Shown here: positions 1 to 9,830 of the stretch, in pieces
Layout of the letters: every line of letters starts with the position of its first letter
Position numbering within the stretch: the first letter of the stretch is position 1
NCBI GenBank assembly: GCA_013265495.1
Contig: MU058337.1
Span: 1,108,777-1,172,776 of the forward strand
Direction of reading: 5' to 3'
From: Vicugna vicugna
Lineage: Eukaryota
Length of the DNA: 64,000 nt
Translations under genes and position numbers: made by a program
The notes under the pieces: model-generated
What the model was told of the DNA's origin: nothing
Databases searched by the model: none
Seen by the model: the letters and a program-made list of their open reading frames with translations, nothing else

Positions 1-751
1 CTAATAGCAGATAACCTATATTAGCCCATTGTTCAATACATACTGGGTGTTGGTTAGTTAATAGGCTAATGGATACCAACATTTAACCTATATGTTCATC
101 AGCAGAAACTCAGGCTTAAAGTCAGTCTAGCAAATATTTGCTATCTACTGTATCAATCAGTAAACTAAATGATGCTGAAGTTTCCATATCAAAAGAAAAA
201 GAAATGGAATAATTGTGTACCCCATAGAGTATTAAAGACTAGGTAACTATTTATTATAATTAAGTTAGTCAAAACTTATTTAAAATGTATCTCGAAGGGC
301 AGAGTGAGTGAGAGTATCTTCATCTTTTTTTTATTGAAGTCAGTGAGTCTACACTGGGTTAAATTGATCCTTGCGTTGGACAACCGGAAAGTAGGTCAAA
401 GATAACTAAGTCTTTCCATTTTGATTCAATATTGCTGTGTAACATCTACTTAGGATAATTCAAATGATTATTTTCTTTTAGGACTGCTGTAATGGACATA
501 AATGGCATCGCCAATTATGGGAACCAGAACCATCAAAAGTTTTCTATAATACATTGAATCTGGCTCGAAGCCCTGTAATAGGATATCTACCCAATACTTG
601 TCATCATGAGGGACCAGCAAGTAGAGACTGGAGCTTCAGCCTTCTTCAGGGACTGGGATATAGGGAGCTGGAAAGTCCAGTTGACCAAAGGGCATTTCCA
701 TATCTCCAGGGATTGGGTAACTGGAAAGACATACTCAAGATGATAGTTGGG

Positions 752-831
752 TTTTTTGGTTGCATTTAAAAACATAAAAATTTCAAATGGCTTTTTTGGT
801 TGCATTTAAAAATGTAAAAATTTCAAATGAC
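752..831. repeat. 40-bp tandem duplication (2 copies)
   Basis: TTTTTTGGTTGCATTTAAAAACATAAAAATTTCAAATGGC (752-791) is repeated at 792-831 with 3 mismatches. Confidence 0.95.
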
Positions 832-2048
832 ATTAAAGAAGGATTTTCTATGTTTACCAGAAGGTAGAAACAGTTTGTAAAAAGTAAAGACATATGCACA
901 CAAAAAAAAACTACAACATGAAACTGCCCTGGCATCCATGCTGGCAGTGACCTTATGACACTGGGGAATCCAAACCAATGGTACACAGTTTTTGCAAGTC
1001 CAAATCATATTTAAAAAATATTTTCACACCTGAAAGGATTCAAATAAATCAGCTCACTAACCAATGGCATTTATCTGTTTGTCACTGGGTAAATCCAGAA
1101 TGTACTCTGGGATATACCTTATAAACAGTTCACTTTGTACACTCCCCCTTCCAGAAATAATCAGCCTTTCTTCAACTTCTCTTCCTTGGAAATTACCATG
1201 TAAGAATTTCCACTGGAGAAGGCAATCCTTTCTCCTGGAGAAAAATACTATCTTTCTTCCCACCTGCGGAATCCCTCTTTCTCTCATTAAGATAAACATT
1301 CTCAAAGCCTGCCATGAAAAGAGAGATCCATAATTACATGTCTCCAAAATAATGGCTAGATAAAAATGACAGATTTGGCCATTCCATTCTGTTGTTTTGT
1401 CTACATGACACCAAACAGCCCTGTTGGCTAATGGTTTCCCTGAATTAATTGGTCACACCTGTTACAGGATGTCAGGCACACCCTAATTTTGTGGGCCCCA
1501 CGGCAGGCAGCACTGAGGGAAAGGGGTGGGGGGCTGGCCTCCTTTTAAGGTGGACTGGAAGTCCTTTGGAAGGTGGACTGTGAAGTCCTCTCTCCTCTCG
1601 CGCTGCTCAGTAACTGGTGACAGACTAGAATATCTCCTTCAACCTTAACTTAAAGTGCAGGGCACCACTTTAACACAGCGTGAGGTGAAACTAAAGACAA
1701 CCGGCCTTCATCCCAATCTGCCCCCTTTTCCAAATCTTCTCCACACCCCAAATCTGACTAAATTCCCAGCTCCTGCAGAACAATTTACCCCACATACATA
1801 TTTATCAATCTCTTTCTTCCTTCACATTTTTTTGTTCTATTTTTAAAATCGCTCTTTGGGCCGAAACTGAGATGCTGCCTCTGTAATTATTTAACAGTCT
1901 TATGTATATTATTTCTTCTCAATAATCTTCTTGAGTATACAAATCACGATTTATATTTAACTAGAATCTCTGTCCTCCCTACATATCTTGTCTAGCTTCA
2001 TGCCAAAAAAGGTAATTATTCAGTAAATAATTGCATTAAATTATGACT

Positions 2049-2404
2049 TTTTTATTGAAATATAGTTGATTTATACTGTTATATTATTTTCTGATATACA
2101 ATATAATGATTCAGTTATATACACATATATATTCTTTTTCATTATAGGTTATTATAAGGTACTGAATATAGTTTCCTGTGCTATACAGTAGGTCCTTGTT
2201 GTTTATCTATTTTATATACAGTAGTTTGTATCTGCTAACCCCAAACTCCTAATTGACCCCTCTCCCCTGCCCCCTTCCCCCTTTGGTAACCATAAAAACT
2301 TTTCTATGTCTGTGAGTCTGTTTCTATTTTGTAAATAAGTTCACTTGTGCCACTTTTTTAGATTTTACATATAAGTGGTATCATATAGTATATGTCTTTC
2401 TCTG
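2049..2404 (-). mobile_element. 5'-truncated L1 3' end (artiodactyl L1_Art-like) with 12-bp TSD
   Basis: Poly-T followed by TTATTGAAATATAGTTGATTTA...CCTGTGCTATACAGTAGGTCCTTG...GGTAACCAT, typical of the cetartiodactyl L1 3'UTR. Perfect TSD TAAATTATGACT at 2037-2048 and 2405-2416. Confidence 0.9.
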
Positions 2405-3155
2405 TAAATTATGACTCTTTAATTAGATAACTTAGACTTTGTCCTTGGGCTGTATAATTACCAAAGTACGTGTGAACTTCAATGAAATGTGCATTCTCTA
2501 TGTTTTTGACAATTCCTAAATGGAATTTCTACAATTCCTCAAATCCATCTGACTGACAGATTCTCCTTTTCAAGATCCCATCTCTAAACTCATTCTGGAA
2601 TTTCATCAAAGTGTAAACTTAAGAATTGTCAAGGTCCAGTATGCTACATTTATTTTCTTTAACTCTGTGTACACTGCAACTTTATTAAATAATTCTGCCT
2701 TTCTGGAAATCTACACGGTCTACATGGGCTATTTTATTTTGACCTTTGGCTCACCTTTGATGGGAGTGCTATTTCAGAAAACTCCTTTTATTTTAACATC
2801 CGCACCCTATACTTGTGGTTCCGTGGAGATAATAAAACTTATTAAAAACATTTCATTAACAACTTTTCATCTCACTCATCTTTTTATGTGTATTTACCAT
2901 GAAGGTAATTAGCCTTAAGTTTCTCAGAGTCCTTCAGTGATGAGTCTCCGTTATGTCAATTTGCAAGAAGTCTCAGTCATTACAAATACCTTGATCTGGC
3001 GAACGACCTTTTCACTAGACTCAGTCATCACTTCTGGCTAAAAATCTTACTCTTAAAATCAGTTGACCTACTATTCATTCGAATTGACTCCAAACACAAG
3101 CTCAGATATTAAATCACTCTAAAAATGGACTCAATTTCTTATAGATAGTCCATAA

Positions 3156-3303
3156 CAGAGGTCCTTGACCTGAGATCTTCAGATTCTCTAGAAGTTGTAA
3201 ACAGAATTTCGTGTGTGGATACATTATTTTTTCTGGCTGAAGGACCTTGTTGTTATCAGATTACTAAAAAGTTCTATGACTCCAAAAGAATAGCGAATAT
3301 TCC
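3156..3303 (+). mobile_element. hAT-Charlie MITE (MER103C-like)
   Basis: CAGAGGTCCTTGACCTG start, internal TTTTTCTGG...ATCAGATT...TGACTCCAAAAG, resembling the MER103C consensus; degenerate. Confidence 0.6.
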
Positions 3304-3651
3304 AGAAATAGGTACTGAACCAGAAGCAGAAGCAAGAAAAGCTCCAAAATTTTTGAAATTGCTATTAATATTTTCACCTCCTGTGATCATAGACATGTCC
3401 TACATTGGTGATGCTGTATAATACCTAATTTTTAAGTGAGCAGAGATGTCCGGTATTTCAGGAAGTTTAAGGAAATAGCTGACTCTGGTTCCTCATGGCT
3501 TAATTTGACACAGCCCAAGATGGGGTGCAGGGGAAATAGGAAGAAAGAAGACTGGACTTAAATAAAGACAGGGATCAAAACAAGAAATCCAAAACCCTTC
3601 CAATAAGTTTACATTCTGACACCAGGATGTTCTTGGGGATAAAGCTTCATT

Positions 3652-3868
3652 TATTTTTTTTTAACTGAAGTCTAGTCAGTTTACAATGCTGTGTCATTTC
3701 TGGTGCACGGCATCACGTTTCAGTCATACAAGTACATACATATATTCCTTTTCATGTTCTTTTTCTTTATAGGTTACTACAAGATATTGAATATCGTTCC
3801 CGGTGCTATATGGTAGAACCTTGTTGTTTACCTATTTTTATATATAGTAGTTAGTAATTGCAAATCTC
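3652..3868 (-). mobile_element. young camelid-type L1 3' end with TSD
   Basis: TGAAGTCTAGTCAGTTTACAATGCTGTGTCATTTCTGGTGCAC...GCAAATCTC. TSD AAAGCTTCATT at 3641-3651 and 3869-3879. Confidence 0.9.
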
Positions 3869-4739
3869 AAAGCTTCATTCATTAACCCTGTGAATTCTAA
3901 GATCTCATGCGCTCAAATGTAGTCCACAAGTAGAGACATAAGTGACCTTCCTTTTATCTGCCTTTCCCATCCCAATACCAAGTGTAATTAAGAGTTGATT
4001 CTCAAAGAACACATCACACAGACAAAAACAAACAAAAAGTATTGAAAGCCCTGGAGGAAGAAAACAGAAGAGGAACACAAAATTACCCTCTTTAAAATCT
4101 TTTAACCTCCCTGGGACTCCAACGGCATTTTCTCCTAGAAGACGGAATTAAGTTAGTATTCTTTATGATCCCTTTCAACTCTAAAATCCTTGGATTTCTG
4201 TGATCTTGTGGTTTCATTATTTCTAATTCTGGTTTCAGTAAGTGATTTCATCCTCGGCCTGCTGAGAAGTTCCACGCCTGGTTCCCCGGCACAGCTGAGA
4301 AGACCCCCAGAGATGCTGCACGCTTTGCTGGCTCAAGGCCACCGGTGGGTGGATCTCACAAACAAGGTTTGCAAACAAACATGCACACACATGGGAAGAA
4401 GCCTCCGAGTGACAAGGCAAAGTGGCTGCAGGTGTGTCCCCCTGTTCCCAGTCACACAGTCAGGGTCACTGAAACTAGCGGGAGTGGGCTGTGGGATTTC
4501 TACCACGGTGATTGGAGAATGCAAGGCAGGCACAGCGTCATCCTGGGAACAATGCGATTCTGGTGCGACCGAGAATCGCGGAGCAGCCCGACATGACAAG
4601 ACACGCCAGTGCAGCCTGGAAGCCCGGGCTTGCCAATTAGGTCGGCAGTTACTGAAGCTGTTTTCTCCTGTCTGGAGGTGAAGTGATCACAGGAGACACA
4701 TACAGGGTGAAAGCGGAAAAGCTTGCTCAGAAATACAGG

Positions 4740-5220
4740 TTTTCACGTGGGAGAAATCAGACAGGCACTTTAAAAAGTATCCCTTTGCCCTGTCCTGACG
4801 CGAAATAAATGGACGTAATGCAAATGGCCCCCTCCCCAGTTGCTGGAAGACCCTGAATGCCCAGGCTTGCACTGAGAGATAGCCCCAGCCCTACTGTGGT
4901 TATTAGTGTTGCTGGAGGAACAGCAGTCGATAAATGGGTTGCCTCAAGGAAAAAACAAATACATGCCTGGGTGCCATTCCTCTAAGCCCTATCACAATGC
5001 TATAGAGGGGAAGACAGCTGTTTATGGAGAAGCACTGGTTTTCTTCTGTAGTAAGAAACTAGAAAGTGGATGGAAGACTACAGGGAATTAGACTTCCCAG
5101 GAGACAGAAACTAATTTGCAACAATAAAGGCGGCACGTCGCCCTCCCTCCGGCTGGACTGGTCTGCGCGTCACCCACCCCGCCACTTCCCGGCTCTGCCC
5201 CCTCACACGGAGATTGGGAG
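4740..5220. promoter_or_regulatory. CpG-enriched promoter/enhancer-like segment
   Basis: Non-repetitive and CpG-rich. E-box CACGTG 4744-4749, half-CRE TGACG 4796-4800, octamer ATGCAAAT 4818-4825, CGTCA 5168-5172, GC-box CCCCGCC 5177-5183, ETS-like ACTTCCCGG 5184-5192, inverted CCAAT 5213-5217. Confidence 0.45.
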
Positions 5221-5490
5221 TAATAATGTTGGCCACTCCCGACTCTTTTGCAGGAGTGTTATGAAAAAAATATAAATTATTCAACAATTGCAAAGGTGTT
5301 TAAGATTCAGAAGCGAATCTCGTCTCTGGGTTATTCATGTGAGTGACTCCACCATCCTACAGAGGATCCTATCAAGGCGTCGCATGCAGCCCAGGGTGGC
5401 ATCTCCCGGAATCGGACACCTTGAATGGAAATGCAGGCTAAGTAATCTTGTTCTCTGCTCAGAAAAAGGAGACTATTCTCCCATAATCAG

Positions 5491-5523
5491 CCCCCCCCCC
5501 CCCCCCCCCCCACCCCCCCCCCC
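5491..5523. repeat. poly-C tract (C21-A-C11)
   Basis: Directly visible. Confidence 0.98.
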
Positions 5524-6717
5524 ACTCGCGAGATGTGTATGGATGCTCAGGCAAGGATGTGATCCGAGATGCAGGATCAAGAAGCATTTTGGTGTGGCCA
5601 TACTTACGAGATGTATTCTGCCTTTACTATGTCATTTGCACTGACGTTAATATATCTGTCTCAGTTCTCTTGTACCACACAAGCACGGGTCAGCGCATCC
5701 TGGGACCCCGCGTTGAGTCTGCCTGACCTTGGAAAGGACCCAGATCCTTACGCTGTGGTGCTAGGCAAATTCTGAGTGGCATTCACACCTGGGTCAACCC
5801 AGTGGCTCCACGTGAAGGAGGAAAGATCAGTGAGAAAAGAGGCCTTACGAAGCAGCATTTTATTAATCCTACAGATCGGGGCTCACAGCAACTTCACATG
5901 CTGAAGTATAAAGTGAGAAAGATTATAAGGGTTTTGAAAATTCAGATTGGTTATTATTTTAAAACCTCTGTTAACTGTCAAGAATGACATCATTCTTTGT
6001 GAAGGCCTTGAGTCTGCTGGGCCCAAATGAAAATACGAGTTTACTATTTGGACTTCCATTTAAGACAATGCTCAGATTCTCCTTAGCATTTACAACCTTG
6101 AAATGAATTTAATTCATTTTTTTTTCACAAGAAAGAGTACATAATTTGAAGGTTTGTTTTGCTACTAAAATAATTATCTACCAATTACTAGTGGTGGGGT
6201 GAGAGCAGGCTGGGGGAGAAAGGAAGAGACAAACGTGACTTCTGTTTAGCACTTAATTATCTTGCCGAAAGTTGCCATCCACTGGCACGAAGTGCTCCTG
6301 TCAACATGAGTTTGTACACCAGGTCATGGCATGCTTGTCTCCATCTGGTGCTGCATCCACTGCACAGCAACAGAAAACTGCATACCAAAGAACAGGCTCT
6401 TATTAAAAAGTACTTTATTAAAAGAAAATAGTTAACACTAGAAATGTGAAGTCTTCAATTATGCCCAGAGGAGGATCAAAAGTACAGTTTTACTCCATAT
6501 CTCATTTTTTTCAGCATGTCATTTCTAAAACAGTAGAACCTATGGGACAATGATTATTGTCTGCAGATTATTTCCAAATGTAAAAATTTTGCTTCTCCGA
6601 TGATGGGCATATTTTTCAGAAGTCACTGGAGGCACATAGGTGAGGTCTCTCGCTCTCTCTCCATAGCTCCGATCAGCCAGCTCAGCTGTTATCTTTTCAA
6701 TAAGTCTGATTCTGTCT

Positions 6718-7725
6718 TTTTAACAACTTCATTGAAATGTAATGGTCATATAATAAGCTGTGTATATGTAAAGTATGCAGATTGATCACTTTAATTTATG
6801 TATGCACTCATAAGACTATCACTGCAATCAAGACAATCAGCGTATATTTAGAACCTCCAAAATTTCCTCATGCCTTTTTGTAATCCTCAGTCCTGTCCTT
6901 CCCTGTGATGGTTAATCTTATGTGTCAACTTCTCTGGGCCACAGTCCTCAGATATTTGATCAAACCTTGTTATAGATAGTTCTGCTAAGGTACTTTTTGG
7001 ATGAGTGACATTTAAATTGGTAGATGTTGGGTAAAGCAGATTGCCCACGATAATGGGGGTGGGCCTCATCTAATCAGTTGAAAGCCTTAAGAGAAAAGAC
7101 TGAATCCCTCCAAGTGAGCAGGAATTCTGCCAGCAGATGGCCTTTGGACTTAAGTTGCAACATCAATTGTCCCCTCCAGAATTTGGACTTACACCTCCAC
7201 AGTTATGGGAGTCAGTTCCTTGTAATACATCTACCTTTATCTGTATGCATCCTGTTGGTCTGTTTCTCTAGAGAGCCCTGAAGAATACACTCCCCAATCC
7301 CTCAACAGCCCCACACCACTCGCTGCCCTAGTCCCAAGCAAACACTGATCCGCTCTTTGTCACTACAATGGATTTTTAAGAAATTTATGCTAATGAAACA
7401 ATATGGTATGTACTCTTTCATTGTCTGGCTTCTTTCATTCATCACAATTATTTTGAGATTCATCAATGTTGTTGCATGTATGGAGAATTCAACTTTTTAT
7501 TGCTGAATCATGTAATATAGTATGTGTATGCCACGCTATTTTTATGCATTCACCTGTTGTTGAACACTGGAGTCATTTCCAGTTTTGGGCTATTCCAAAA
7601 AAAAAAAAAAATCCTATGAGCATTTGTGTGCAAGTGTTTGTATGGAAATGTGCTTTCATTGCTCCTGGGCAAATGCCTGGCCTAGAAGGGCTGTGGGGCC
7701 GTAGGGGAGGTGCATGGTGCTAACA
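6718..7725 (-). mobile_element. old L1M (L1MC/L1MD-type) 3' end, interrupted by an MLT2 LTR
   Basis: Typical antisense L1M 3'UTR text (TGTCTGGCTTCTTTCATTC...TTTTGAGATTCATC...TTTCCAGTTTTGGGCTATT) on both sides of 6904-7289. Confidence 0.85.
6904..7289 (+). mobile_element. MLT2 (ERVL) solo LTR
   Basis: Starts TGTGATGGTTAAT..TGTGTCAACTT, contains GTAAAGCAGATTGCCC..GGGTGGGCCTCATC, ends GAGAGCCCTGAAGAATACA. 5-bp TSD TTCCC/CTCCC (1 mismatch). Confidence 0.9.
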
Positions 7726-7879
7726 GGCTTTTAACTCTGTGCTGTTCTCTAGTATACAATACAGAGAGGTCGGGAGCCCAAGTTATCAATCGCCTATAAA
7801 TTCCAGTTATGAAATATGATTTATTTTCATTCTTAGAGTTCAGCTCAACTTCTTGAAAGACTACTTACATTCTTTACAT

Positions 7880-8740
7880 TTAGCTATAGTCAGTGAAGAA
7901 CAGAATTCAAACTCAATAAAGAACAGAATTACAAGCTTTTTGTAGGTGTGAAACATTTAAAATATATGCCTCGGTCTAAAAAATAGGTGCAATTATTTGT
8001 TTTTTCTGATAATGAGTTCAACATAGGCCTTGATTTCACCAGCCAAACAAGTATTTATTGAGAATAATGCCAGGCTTTTACCATTAAAATCAAATTTCAC
8101 GGACATACAGCAAATTACTTGGCACCTGACAACTAGGTAGACTTGCTGAATAACTAAATTATACCAAACTGCTTGCCTTTCTGCTTTTCTTAGATTCATT
8201 CAGATTTGTTTGCTTTCATCCACATATATCAGGGGCATTTGTCACCAAGCAAGGTTCTCACCAGCAGCAAGCTTATCTTCCAGAATCCTCCCTGTTGGCC
8301 AACATAGTGACTCAGAAGGAAAAGCGTATTAAGTTCTGAGATGCTGGGGGAAGCATCATTTGAAGTGGTATTATCATTGCTCTATTCGTGAATTCCTGGC
8401 TTATCCCTGGCCTCAGAAAGATAATTTTAAAATAAATAAAATAAAGTCAATCAGTTATTGAGCCCTAAGGCACCATCAGATAGGAACAGTAATAAATCAG
8501 GCTGATGGCCTTAAAACAGCCAGGGATTTTTCTTACTAATCAAATGAGATCAGAACCCGGCCATCACTGCAGGAGAAAAAGCCAAATTTAATTAGCTTAT
8601 CCAACAGTGTCATTTAGTAAATCAAAAGCCTTTGAAAGGTCAATGAATCTTGCCCTTATCAACTCATTATCTTCCAGCACTAACGAGGTATCATTAACCA
8701 CCCCCACAGCAACAGTTATGTCAGTGTCAGGGCATCGCTC
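7880..8740 (-). mobile_element. ancient LINE reverse-transcriptase fossil (L2/Crack/CR1 group), pseudogenised
   Basis: Minus-strand motifs in canonical order across frameshifts: FIDLSKAFD 8621-8647, DKLIKFG 8581-8601, VP*GSI 8456-8473, LFYLF*NYL then IHE*SNDNT 8367-8393, WMKANK 8205-8222, MNLRKAE 8179-8199, KYL..W 8043-8056. Confidence 0.85.
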
Positions 8741-8964
8741 GCCATAGTTAGCGACACTTGCTGCTGCAGAAATGCTACTGTGTGGAAAAGTCAACTCTCT
8801 CATGTCCAGGGCTGTTGTAATACTTAACTTCCCCGAGATCTGATGGAAATAATGTCTTCCCTCCTCTATTTAATACATCTTAATAAGTTAAGATGTTATA
8901 AAATTTGTCAGTGTGGTGTCCCCCTCAAACATGCTAATTTAAGTAAAACCCGACGACTGATTAT

Positions 8965-9520
8965 TTTCTGCACTCAGACATATTTACTGAGCACCTGCTA
9001 TGTGTCAGGCATTCCGTGGGGCACTCATAACGTGAATGCCCCTTCCCAAGGGGCTAACTCTTTGTTTGACATGTGCTCTGACAGCAGGCATGAGTGTTGT
9101 GAAAATGAGGCATCGAACACACGGAGTCTGGGCTTCTCCCTATTCTGCAGGCTTGGGGTTTCCCGCTTCTAGGAGCCGGCCGGTGAAGAGCGCCTCGGGC
9201 CCCACCAGCAAGGCCTCCCCTCCCGCAGCGCTTACAATGCTTCACACGGGAGGAGACGCGCACACCTGGGGACTCTGATCGTAGCCTAGGAGGTGTTGGA
9301 CTACAGATGACTGGCTGAGTCAACTGTCAGTGAGCTGGGAATTCAGAGGAGGGGGAGCCGGACCGCTGAGGCCAGAGACACAGCTGCTGGACAGAGGAGC
9401 TGCCCTTGAATGGGTGCCAGTGAGCCACGGGGAGGGGAGCCTGCAGGGGAAGTTAGCACAGAGCAAAGGCACAGACGCGGGAACGTGGACGGAGCTCTCA
9501 GAGCACAGCAAGGTTACAGC
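8965..9520 (-). mobile_element. L2 3' fragments
   Basis: CAGACATATTTACTGAGCACCTGCTATGTGTCAGGCA (antisense L2 tail) followed by degenerate L2-like GA-rich sequence. Confidence 0.6.
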
Positions 9521-9599
9521 GGCAAGTACACCGGGGCGCTGGCTCCCCAGCACTTTTTGGCCACAGGCCCGTTAAAGCACCTAATGATGTTATGATGAT

Positions 9600-9830
9600 G
9601 ATACTAAAAATAACAACAATGCCAGCAGCGACAGAAACGGTAACACACATCATCTCGATGCGCCTTCCTCCTTCTCATGTAAGTGCTTTGAAGTCACTCA
9701 CGTAACCTTTCCCGCCCCGTGCGGTCGCACCATCGAGTTGTCCCTTTATTAGATGACAGAACTGAAGTCAAACAGCTTAAAGGTCAATCAGCAAGAATCC
9801 GGGCTCGACCCACCCTGCCACTCCAAGCAG
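9600..9830 (-). mobile_element. MIR SINE (degenerate)
   Basis: CCCTTTATTAGATGACAGAACTGAAGTC resembles the antisense MIR core. Confidence 0.5.

Noticed and set aside
4190..4681. Longest ORF in the window (163 aa)
   Set aside because: Non-ATG start, no recognisable domain, and overlapping ORFs on both strands typical of stop-poor sequence.
5288..5644. 118-aa ORF with a poly-proline run
   Set aside because: The prolines are simply the poly-C tract; there is no domain similarity or exon structure.
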